Of a stretch of DNA of 64,000 nucleotides, positions 38,613 to 46,983 are shown one piece after another (position 1 is the stretch's first letter; each line of letters begins with the position of its first letter). The stretch is from an uncultured Candidatus Rokubacteria bacterium (GTDB lineage Bacteria > Methylomirabilota > Methylomirabilia > Rokubacteriales > CSP1-6), in the NCBI GenBank assembly GCA_963754315.1, contig CAVWFS010000007.1, positions 1-64,000 on the forward strand, given 5' to 3'. The position numbers and the translations under genes are program-made. The notes beneath the pieces are model-generated. The model worked only from the letters and a program-made list of their open reading frames with translations, was not told the DNA's origin and ran no database searches.

Positions 38613-39920
38613 CTACCTCCCTTTGATCTCGATGACCCGGACTGCCTTTCCCTCCGATCGGGGCACGGTGCGGGGCGGCACCAAGGTCACCTGGACGCTC
38701 AGCCCGATGGCCTCCCGCACGCGTTCGGTCACCTGCTGCCGCAGCCCCTCGACCACGGGGTTCCGCTGGTCCAGCGGGCCCGGACCGACCCGGGCCAGGA
38801 GGGCCGCCGAGGGTTCGACCCGTACCTCAAGAGTGGCCAGAGTCGGCGTGCGGTCCACCACGAGTTGATAGTGCGGCTCCAAGTCCGCCACCGCAAGCAG
38901 AGCGGTCTCGAGCTCGGACGGATAGACGTTGACCCCCTTGATGATCAGCATGTCATCGTTCCGGCCCTTGACCCGGGCCATCCGCACGCTCGTGCGGCCG
39001 CAGCGACAGGGTTCGGGATTGAGGCTGGTGATGTCCCCGGTACGGTACCGCACGAGGGGCATCGCTTGCTTGGTCATGGTCGTGATGACCAGCTCGCCCT
39101 CGCGCCCCGGCGGCAGGGACTCCCCGGTCACGGGGTCCACGACCTCGGGCAGGAAGTGATCGTCGGCGATGTGCAGCCCGTCGCGGGCCTCGCACTCGCC
39201 GGAGACACCGGGGCCGATGATTTCGGAGAGACCGTAGATATCGTAAGCCGGAAAGCCCCAGGCCCGCTCGAGGGCGGCCCGCATGCCTTCCGTCCACGGT
39301 TCGGCGCCGAACATGCCGTAGCGGAGCCCGAGACGCTCGGGGTGGCCGTCGTGCTCACGCAGGCTCTCAGCGATGTACAGGGCGAAGGATGGGGTGGCCG
39401 CGATTCCCGCCGGGCGGAAATCCTGCAGGAGGAGGTGCTGGCGGACCGTGTTACCAGATGACACGGGAACGACGGTCAGACCCAGCCGCTCGGCCCCATC
39501 GTGGAATCCCAGACCTCCGGTGAAGAGGCCATATCCGAAGGCCACGTGCAGGAGGTCGCCGGGGCGTGCGCCGGCGGCCACCATGGCCCGCGCCATGACT
39601 TCTCGCCATAGGTCGAGGTCGGACCGGGTGTAGCCAACCACCGTCGGCTTCCCTCGGGTGCCTGAGGAGGCATGCAGGCGGGTCACCTCGCCGAGCGGAA
39701 CCGCGAAGAGCCCGAACGGATACTGCTCTCGGAGATCAGCCTTGTGGGTGAACGGCAGATGCGCAAGATCCGCGAGCGCCTGGACGGGCCGATCCGAAAG
39801 CCGAGCCTGGTAAAACGTAACCCGGGAGCGCACCCACGCCAGCATGGCACGCAGCCGTTCGAGCTGGAGCGTGCGCCGCCGCGTGTCAGGCAGCGTCTCG
39901 ACTTCCTGATTCCAGATCAC
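38613..39920 (-). CDS. paaK: phenylacetate--CoA ligase
   Basis: HASSGTRGKP, GYGLFTGGLG, YGLSEIIGPGV and RYRTGD. GTG start overlaps the upstream stop. Confidence 0.9.
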   Translation of the reverse strand: MIWNQEVETLPDTRRRTLQLERLRAMLAWVRSRVTFYQARLSDRPVQALADLAHLPFTHKADLREQYPFGLFAVPLGEVTRLHASSGTRGKPTVVGYTRSDLDLWREVMARAMVAAGARPGDLLHVAFGYGLFTGGLGFHDGAERLGLTVVPVSSGNTVRQHLLLQDFRPAGIAATPSFALYIAESLREHDGHPERLGLRYGMFGAEPWTEGMRAALERAWGFPAYDIYGLSEIIGPGVSGECEARDGLHIADDHFLPEVVDPVTGESLPPGREGELVITTMTKQAMPLVRYRTGDITSLNPEPCRCGRTSVRMARVKGRNDDMLIIKGVNVYPSELETALLAVADLEPHYQLVVDRTPTLATLEVRVEPSAALLARVGPGPLDQRNPVVEGLRQQVTERVREAIGLSVQVTLVPPRTVPRSEGKAVRVIEIKGR

Positions 39921-40240
39921 AGCGCGGTGCCGAACAGCTGAGCCAACGGCGGCGGCTCCGGATATTGCTGATCGACGACGGCGTGGCGGCGCAGACCGAG
40001 CGCCTCGCGCTGGATCACCAGCCTCAAACGCGCCTGCAGAGCGCGGGCTCGCGCGTGCTGGTAGGCCTCGGCGTGATTGGCGCGCTCGTCCGGGTCCAGG
40101 GCTGAGCGCAATCGGATAGCGCACGCGGCAACCTCGTGCAAAGCGGCTTCCAGCTGTTCCCCGGCCCGACCAAGGGCGGCCGCCTTCTCCGCGGCGATCT
40201 CCGCCTGGATCCGACGGTGGGTCTCATCCCGACTCCTCAT
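39917..40240 (-). CDS. hypothetical helical protein
   Basis: EKAAALGRAG...QREALGLRRH. Translationally coupled. Confidence 0.7.
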   Translation of the reverse strand: MRSRDETHRRIQAEIAAEKAAALGRAGEQLEAALHEVAACAIRLRSALDPDERANHAEAYQHARARALQARLRLVIQREALGLRRHAVVDQQYPEPPPLAQLFGTAL

Positions 40241-41400
40241 CGGTGGCGAGACTCGATCAGGCGAGCGTGGGCCTCACGGTAGACCGCCAGCGTACGCTCG
40301 ATCTGCACCCGGACGTCGAACTGACGCTCGGCCAGGGCTCGCGCGGCGCGTCCCATCCTGGCCCGGCGCGCATCGTCGAGGAGCAGGCTGATCACCGCGT
40401 CTGCCAGCGCGGCCGTGTCGCTCTTGGTGAGGAGCCCAGTCTCCCCGTCACGCACGACCTCATCGCAACCAGGCGCGCTCACGGCCACGGCGGGAATGCC
40501 ACAGGCAGCGGCCTCGGCCAGGACGAGTCCCTGTGTCTCCGTCTCCGACGCGAAGACGAACGCATCGGCGGCGCGGTAGTACGGGGCCAGGCCGTCGTGG
40601 GGTCGCGCACCGAGGAACATGATCCGGGAGGCGGCGAGAGTGCTCTCGGCCAAGACGCGCAGCCGTTCCGCCTCCGTCCCCTGCCCGACCAGCGCCAGAT
40701 GAGCCTGGGGCAAGGTACCGGCGACCCGGTCAAAGGCAAGGAGTATCCGATCCACGCTCTTCTCGCGGTCGAGCCGCCCCACGTACAGGAGAAGAAGGCC
40801 AGTGCCGGGCAAGCCCAGCGCTCGCCGTGCCTCCTCACGGTCACCGGGATGGAATCGCTGAAGGTCCACGCCGGTCGGCACCACAGTGATCGGCGCCCGT
40901 ACTCCCCTGGCCTGCAGCTCGTTGCGGATGAGGGCGGAGGGGGCGAGGACCGCATCGCACCGGTTGGCGAAGCGCGTGCTGAGGCGCACGGCCGCGGTCT
41001 CCACCAGGGCCCGGGACAGCGGCACGTAGTGCGCATACTTCTCGTAGCGCGTGTGATACGTGAAGACGAGCGGAACCCCGAGCCGACGGGCCAGGCGGCG
41101 GGCCACCGGACCTAAGAGGAAGGGATGGTGCGCGTGAACGATGTCAACCCCGAGCCGACGCGCGCGGGCGGCAATGCGCGGCGCGTACGGGATGGCGAGG
41201 GCAAACTCGGGGTACGTGGCGGCGGGCACCGACGGATAGCGGATCACGCGGTCGCCATCAGGGGGGGTGCCCGGGAAGCGTGGAGCGAACACCCAGGCCT
41301 CGTGTCGACTCGCCTCCAGACCGCGGCGCAGCGTTTCCACGGAAATGGTGACGCCACCACAGAACGGCACATAGTTGTTGGTGAACAGAGCGATCCGCAC
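40237..41400 (-). CDS. GT4 glycosyltransferase
   Basis: TYHT, VGRLDREK and ETQGLVLAEA. Confidence 0.92.
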   Translation of the reverse strand: MRIALFTNNYVPFCGGVTISVETLRRGLEASRHEAWVFAPRFPGTPPDGDRVIRYPSVPAATYPEFALAIPYAPRIAARARRLGVDIVHAHHPFLLGPVARRLARRLGVPLVFTYHTRYEKYAHYVPLSRALVETAAVRLSTRFANRCDAVLAPSALIRNELQARGVRAPITVVPTGVDLQRFHPGDREEARRALGLPGTGLLLLYVGRLDREKSVDRILLAFDRVAGTLPQAHLALVGQGTEAERLRVLAESTLAASRIMFLGARPHDGLAPYYRAADAFVFASETETQGLVLAEAAACGIPAVAVSAPGCDEVVRDGETGLLTKSDTAALADAVISLLLDDARRARMGRAARALAERQFDVRVQIERTLAVYREAHARLIESRHR

Positions 41401-41410
41401 GCCGGGCTGC

Positions 41411-41899
41411 CTACTTGAAGTCCTCCGGCTTGATGTTCTCCAGCCACTCGCGGAGTCGCTCCGGATCGTCGGCCTTCACGGGCTCGCTCTCCTTGGTGAC
41501 CTCCAGGCTCTTGGCCTTACGCACGACCTCCTCGTCCACGTAGATGGGGGCCGCTGCCCGTAAGGCGAGGGCGATGGCATCGGACGGCCGAGAGTCTACC
41601 GTCACCTCTCCTTCGCCCACCTGCAGGTGAAGCTCGGCAAAGAAGGTGTTTTCCCTGAGGTCGGTCACGACGATCTTGAGCAGGCGAGCCTCGATCGTCT
41701 CCAGGATGTTCTTGATGAGATCGTGGGTCATGGGCCTCGGGGTCGGGATCTTCTCCAGCTCGAGGGCGATGGCATTCGCCTCGAAGATGCCGACCCAGAT
41801 GGGTAGCGAGCGCTTGTCCTCCTCGTCACGCAGGATGATGATGGGCATGTTCGAGACCGGGTCAAGCGCGAGTCCTCGAACCTTCATTTCGACAAACAT
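41411..41899 (-). CDS. bifunctional nuclease (DUF151) family protein
   Basis: LPIWVG, RPMTHDL and DSRPSDAIALA. Confidence 0.92.
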   Translation of the reverse strand: MFVEMKVRGLALDPVSNMPIIILRDEEDKRSLPIWVGIFEANAIALELEKIPTPRPMTHDLIKNILETIEARLLKIVVTDLRENTFFAELHLQVGEGEVTVDSRPSDAIALALRAAAPIYVDEEVVRKAKSLEVTKESEPVKADDPERLREWLENIKPEDFK

Positions 41900-43227
41900 G
41901 CGGCATCCTCCGGCACGCGAACGAGCGTGCCGCGCAGGCTGTGGGGCAAGGCTTCGGTGATCCGGACGTGGACGAGATCGCCGACACTGACGCGCCCCTG
42001 ACCGTCAAAATTCACCACCCGATTGCACGCCGTCCGTCCGGCCAGTTCGGCGGGGTTCCGCCGCGAGAGCCCGTCCACGAGGACGTCCAGCACGCGCCCT
42101 TCCAGGCGAGCACTACGGTCGGCCGCGGCGCGGGTCGTGACTTCCAGCAGACGCGTGTTTCGTGAGGCCTTCTCGGCATCGGGCACCTGGTCGGGCATGA
42201 GGGCAGCCGGAGTGCCGGGGCGGCGCGAGTACCGGAACGCAAAGACGTTGTCGTAGCCGACCGCTTCCACCATATCGATGGTGTCGAGGAAGTCCTCCTC
42301 CGTCTCGCCGGGGAAGCCGACGATGAGATCGGTGGAGAGCGCGATGTCGGGGACCGCCGATCTCACGTCTTCGATGAGAGACAGGTAGTGCTCCCGGGTA
42401 TAGCCGCGATTCATGCTGGCCAGGATGCGGTTCGATCCCGACTGCAGGGGCAGGTGCAGATACCGGCAGAGCTTCGGAAGATCGCGCAGGGCCTGAATCA
42501 GCCGGCGAGTCAGGTTGTAAGGGTTCGAAGTGGTGAAGCGGATCCGCGCGATTCCCTCCACTGCGCTCACCTGCTCCAGGAGCGCGGCCAGGTCCGTGGG
42601 TGGCGTCAGATCGCGGCCGTAGGCATTCACGGTCTGGCCGAGCAGGGTCACCTCCCGCACGCCCTCCGACGTCAAGCTGCGGATCTCGTCGAGAATCGCG
42701 CCCGGTGGATGGCTGCGCTCGCGCCCCCGGGTGACCGGTACCACGCAGAACGTGCAGTGCTTCTCGCACCCTTCCATGACGGTCACGTACGCCCGCAGTC
42801 GCTTCACGCCATCGGGCCGGGCGGTGATCTTGACGAGCGGTGCCTCGCCGGTCTCGAGGATGGGGCGGCGCTCACGCCGGGCCCGATCAACCAGTTCCCC
42901 GACCCGGGCGATAGCCGGCGAGCCGAAGACGAGGTCCACAATCGGAGCGCGCTGCTGGATGCCCTCCTTCTGGAGCTGAGCCATGCACCCCATCACGCCG
43001 ATCACCAGGTCGGGGTTGCGACGTTTGAGGGCCTTGAGCTCGCCGAGCTTCGAGAAGACCTTCTCCTCAGCTTTCTCCCGGATGGCGCACGTATTCAGGA
43101 TGATGATGTCGGCGTCGGACTCTCGCTCGGTGATCTCGTACTGCTCCTGCCGGAGCAGCCCGGCCACCCGCTCCGAGTCGTACTCGTTCATCTGACAGCC
43201 GTACGTGATCAGATGCAGCTTGGCCAT
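41884..43227 (-). CDS. miaB: tRNA-2-methylthio-N6-isopentenyladenosine synthase
   Basis: GCQMN, NTCAIRE, CEKHCTFC radical-SAM motif and TRAM domain. Confidence 0.95.
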   Translation of the reverse strand: MAKLHLITYGCQMNEYDSERVAGLLRQEQYEITERESDADIIILNTCAIREKAEEKVFSKLGELKALKRRNPDLVIGVMGCMAQLQKEGIQQRAPIVDLVFGSPAIARVGELVDRARRERRPILETGEAPLVKITARPDGVKRLRAYVTVMEGCEKHCTFCVVPVTRGRERSHPPGAILDEIRSLTSEGVREVTLLGQTVNAYGRDLTPPTDLAALLEQVSAVEGIARIRFTTSNPYNLTRRLIQALRDLPKLCRYLHLPLQSGSNRILASMNRGYTREHYLSLIEDVRSAVPDIALSTDLIVGFPGETEEDFLDTIDMVEAVGYDNVFAFRYSRRPGTPAALMPDQVPDAEKASRNTRLLEVTTRAAADRSARLEGRVLDVLVDGLSRRNPAELAGRTACNRVVNFDGQGRVSVGDLVHVRITEALPHSLRGTLVRVPEDAACLSK

Positions 43228-43407
43228 AAGTAGTCGAAAAGATGTGACCGGTTGACCGTAGCATCCGCCCTTAGCGAAGTCAAACGAGCACACCGAGTAT
43301 CCGGATGCATCACAGGCGCGCCTCAGGGGAGCGGGACCTGCTCAGGGCGAAGAACTGGCCCAGGGTCCCGGTGCGCCCCCGATGTCCGGGAGCGCACCAC
43401 GCGTTGG

Positions 43408-43438
43408 ATGGGTATGGGGGGCCATGTCGTGGCCCCCC
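43408..43438 (-). repeat. single REP-like hairpin related to the 60867-61225 units
   Basis: GGGGGGCCACGACATGGCCCCCCATACCC versus GGGGGGCCTCGACGGCCCCCCAAACCC. Confidence 0.55.
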
Positions 43439-43443
43439 TGCGA

Positions 43444-44952
43444 TCAGTCAATCTCCTCGGATCGTGATCGACCACCGACAGGCGCAGATGGTGCCGGTGC
43501 GCTCGCGTTGCCGTGCCCGTTCCCGGCGAAGGTGAGTGGCGGCTTCGTGGTGAACTGGCGCTCCAGCCGCGCCCGCCGTTCTTTCCACCCTTCCTGGTAC
43601 TCGAGCTCGTCCTCGTGCAGGGTGGCCGGCTGCTTGATGCCGTGCGCGTTGCGGAACTGGATAGCCAGCTCGGACGCTCGCCGCCGCACTTCGTCCCAGG
43701 GTGTTCCCAGCGCGAACTGATCGGAGATGGCTCCGATGCGCCCCGTGTGGATATTGCACGAGAGCGTCATAGCCGACAGGATCGGGCCCGACCAGTACGA
43801 GGTCTGGGAGTTGATGGGAACCGGCAGGATATGCAGGTTGTGGCTTCCCCGACAATCGCCCGCTACCATGGGGCACGCTGCCCACGGCGACGTGATTTCT
43901 CCCGGGGCCGGCCAGTCCCCCTGAGCAAAGGCCAGGACCACGGGATCGTCCTTCCCGCCATACGTGAAGCCCTTCTTGGTCTTGATGTTGTGCAGCCGCT
44001 CCGCCGAGCAGACATACCCGAGCTGATCGGCCTCGCCCCGATCGCCGCGCGTCCAGATGCGGGCCACCACAAAGCGAGAGGAGCGACACAGGCCTTCGAT
44101 ATCGTAGAGGTCTTCGGGCGCCCGCAGGGCGATGACCCGCTCCTGCAGCCCCTTGCCCAGCTCCTCCATCTTGCCGTCCAGGGCCTTGGCATCACGCGGA
44201 TGCGCGCCGGCCTCGACGGCCTGGGCTTTGGTGTCGAGATCGACGACTTCCAGGATATAGCCGCGCTTCATCTTGGAGGACGCGATGACGAGCCCGGTGT
44301 TGAAGCGCGGCAGGAGGTACGCGCCGGTAGCGTAGTAGTTGAACGCCATCGGCTCTGTCTTGTCGGCGAAGGAGGCGAGCACGGTCTGGGAGGCATTCTC
44401 CTTCCGCACGGGGAGGGGCAGGGCCACCGTGGCCGGACCGGCCCCGCGCAGGTTGCCCGTGAAGGCGTCCGCCACCAGATCCTGACCGGGGCCGTACAGG
44501 CCGAGCTCGGCCGCCTTGGTGGCACCCTCCTGGAAGGCATCCCACAAGAGCTCGTCGACGACGCTCATGTCGACGCTCTCGGCCATGATCCCGGTCACCG
44601 CCACGTCGTCGCCGGTGTGGGTGACGATCAGTGAGGTGAAGATCGGTTCACCGCGGTAGCCATTGTGCTCGAGGACGTGCTTGGCCACCACCGATTTCAC
44701 CTCGTCGGCGGCCACCACGTGCCCGCCCACCCCACCCACGTCGGCCTTGGTCGCTTTGATGTAGCGCTGGACGAGGGCGGGGTTTTTGGCGAACACGTAG
44801 GCCCGATAGGAAAAGATGTTCGGCGTATTGGTGACGGGAATCTTCTCGGCCACCGTGAGCGGAAGCCCAGCCAGCTCGTCCTTGGACTGGTGATACGCGG
44901 AGAGGAGCGTTCCAGATTGGCCAGGGGTAGGCCCATAGCGCTTGGCGGCCAT
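43444..44952 (-). CDS. fbp: fructose-1,6-bisphosphate aldolase/phosphatase (class V FBPase), extended form
   Basis: KADVGG..GH, HTGDD, LYGPGQDL..DAFTGN.RG.GP, ADKTEP and YGGKDDP. AGGAGG RBS. Confidence 0.88.
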   Translation of the reverse strand: MAAKRYGPTPGQSGTLLSAYHQSKDELAGLPLTVAEKIPVTNTPNIFSYRAYVFAKNPALVQRYIKATKADVGGVGGHVVAADEVKSVVAKHVLEHNGYRGEPIFTSLIVTHTGDDVAVTGIMAESVDMSVVDELLWDAFQEGATKAAELGLYGPGQDLVADAFTGNLRGAGPATVALPLPVRKENASQTVLASFADKTEPMAFNYYATGAYLLPRFNTGLVIASSKMKRGYILEVVDLDTKAQAVEAGAHPRDAKALDGKMEELGKGLQERVIALRAPEDLYDIEGLCRSSRFVVARIWTRGDRGEADQLGYVCSAERLHNIKTKKGFTYGGKDDPVVLAFAQGDWPAPGEITSPWAACPMVAGDCRGSHNLHILPVPINSQTSYWSGPILSAMTLSCNIHTGRIGAISDQFALGTPWDEVRRRASELAIQFRNAHGIKQPATLHEDELEYQEGWKERRARLERQFTTKPPLTFAGNGHGNASAPAPSAPVGGRSRSEEID

Positions 44953-45018
44953 GCACATCCTCCTTGATGGCGGTGCGAAAAACGGCGTGTGCTGTCGAGG
45001 ATAACGGCGTATGCTGAG

Positions 45019-45058
45019 CCCGGTCAAGGAAGATATTTCCTGACCGGGAAGATATTTC
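45019..45058. promoter_or_regulatory. putative operator between the divergent genes
   Basis: Inverted repeat CCCGGTC-A-AGGAA-GATAT-TTCCT-GACCGGG, plus direct repeat GGAAGATATTTC at 45028 and 45047. Confidence 0.65.
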
Positions 45059-45062
45059 ACGG

Positions 45063-46067
45063 ATGAAGAGCGGGCATCCGCCGATCGAGCTCAGGCTGCT
45101 CGTGCAGTGCCTGCAGCTCTACTATCGGCAGGGACGGAGCCAGAAGGATATCGCCCTCGCCCTCGGCGTCTCCCCGGCCACCGTGTCGCGTCTTCTCAAG
45201 CGCGCCTTCGACGAGGGGCTGGTCCGCGTGGAGCTGGACTTGCCGCGTCGCCAGGAGCTGGAGACCGCGCTCATCGCGCTGTTCCACCTCCGGGACGCCG
45301 TGGTGATCGCCTCTGGGGGGCGCGGCGACGTGAAGGAGGATCTGGGGGCCGCCGCCGCCGCCTACTTCGAGAAGGTGGCGCGGGACGGTATGCGGGTGGG
45401 ACTCTCGTGCGGCTTCACTCTGTATCAGACTATCCGACAGCTCCGCGAGCGACGGTTCCGGGACCTCGAGTTGTATCCCCTGTCGGGCGAGAGCACGCTC
45501 AAGCTCGTCGACCTCTTCCCCAACACCCTGGTCGGCATGATGGCCGCCAAGTACCGACCGCACGTGCGCGCCTATGCCCTGCCCGTGCAACACCTCATTT
45601 CGCTCCGAGAGATCGAGCGCGAACGGCGCCGGCTCCTCCGGGACCCCGAGGTGCGCCGGATCTACGAAGCGGCTCAGGACATCGACATCGCCCTGGTCGG
45701 CATCGGGCTCATCGGCGAGCAGACGCCGGGATTTTGCTCGCTCGCCGAGTCCTATGGGGTGAGCGTGCGACGCCTAGGCCAGCTCGGGGTGGTCGGGGAG
45801 ATCAACTACCAACCGTTTGACGCGAAGGGTACCCTGGTCGATCGTCCAGAGCTCCGGGCGCTCATGCGCCGGATCCTCTCTGTGGAGGGGAACCGTCTGC
45901 AGGCGCTGTCGCGTCGTGACGACCGCTACGTGGTCGCGGTGGCCGGCGGACGGGCCAAAGTGGAGGCCGTGCGCGGCGCGCTCCGGGGCCGCTTCATGAA
46001 CGTGCTGGTCACGGACGAAGACTGCGCGGTGCGCCTGTCGGCTCCTCGAACACGCCCATCCGCCTGA
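45063..46067 (+). CDS. SorC/DeoR(CggR)-family sugar-binding transcriptional regulator
   Basis: LYY..G.SQ..IA..LGVS..TVSRLL HTH. DIALVGIG and VLVTDE. Confidence 0.92.
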   Translation: MKSGHPPIELRLLVQCLQLYYRQGRSQKDIALALGVSPATVSRLLKRAFDEGLVRVELDLPRRQELETALIALFHLRDAVVIASGGRGDVKEDLGAAAAAYFEKVARDGMRVGLSCGFTLYQTIRQLRERRFRDLELYPLSGESTLKLVDLFPNTLVGMMAAKYRPHVRAYALPVQHLISLREIERERRRLLRDPEVRRIYEAAQDIDIALVGIGLIGEQTPGFCSLAESYGVSVRRLGQLGVVGEINYQPFDAKGTLVDRPELRALMRRILSVEGNRLQALSRRDDRYVVAVAGGRAKVEAVRGALRGRFMNVLVTDEDCAVRLSAPRTRPSA

Positions 46068-46983
46068 ACTTCTCGTAGCGATCTTGCACGAGCGCCGCCG
46101 GGGAGAGGGCGACCAGGCTGGTCAGCGCTTCCCGCAGAGCCACGCGGAGATTCTGAGCGGCCCCCTCCCAGTCGCGGTGAGCCCCACCCAACGGCTCCGG
46201 CACGATCGTGTCGATCACCCCGAGGCGCAAGGCGTCTGCCGCGGCGACGCGCATGACCTCAGCCGCCTCGGGAGCCTTGCTGGCGTCTCCCCACAGGATG
46301 GCCGCGCAGCCTTCGGGAGAGATGACGGAATACACCGCGAACTCCAGCATCAGCACGCGATTGCCCATGCCGAGCGCCAGGGCCCCTCCGCTACCGCCCT
46401 CCCCGGTAATCACGGCCACCAAGGGCGTGCGCAGGGTGGTCATCTCGAACAGGTTACGGGCGATGGCTTCGCCCTGCCCCCGCTCCTCCGCCCCAATTCC
46501 GGGGTAGGCGCCCGGAGTGTCGATCAGGGTGATGACCGGTTTGCCAAACTTCCCCGCCAACCGCATCAGACGCCCGGCTTTGCGATACCCCTCCGGATGC
46601 GGCATACCGAAGTTGCGAGCGATCTTGTCCCGGGTGTCACGGCCCTTCTCCTGCCCGATAGCCACCACCGAGCGTCCCTCGAAACTGGCCAGGCCGCCCA
46701 CCACCGCGGGATCGTCGCCGTAGAGCCGGTCGCCGTGCAGCTCGAGGAAATCCTCAAAGAGGAGACGGAAAAAATCCCTCGCGTGAGGACGTCGCGGATG
46801 ACGTCCGAGCTGCGTGCGCTGCCACGCCGTGAGCCCGCCGTAGATCCTGGCCTGAAGCCGACGCTGACGATTCTCCAGGCGGGCGATCTCGTCACGGTGG
46901 CGGGGATCGTCCCGCGAGCGCAAGTCGGCGAGCTTCGCCTCGATCTCCAGAAGGGGCGCTTCGAACTCAAGGTGATCGGGCAT
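46009..46983 (-). CDS. accA: acetyl-CoA carboxylase carboxyltransferase alpha
   Basis: ELHGDR, PEGYRKA, DTPGAYPG and GEGGSGGAL. Confidence 0.97.
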   Translation of the reverse strand: MPDHLEFEAPLLEIEAKLADLRSRDDPRHRDEIARLENRQRRLQARIYGGLTAWQRTQLGRHPRRPHARDFFRLLFEDFLELHGDRLYGDDPAVVGGLASFEGRSVVAIGQEKGRDTRDKIARNFGMPHPEGYRKAGRLMRLAGKFGKPVITLIDTPGAYPGIGAEERGQGEAIARNLFEMTTLRTPLVAVITGEGGSGGALALGMGNRVLMLEFAVYSVISPEGCAAILWGDASKAPEAAEVMRVAAADALRLGVIDTIVPEPLGGAHRDWEGAAQNLRVALREALTSLVALSPAALVQDRYEKFRRMGVFEEPTGAPRSLRP

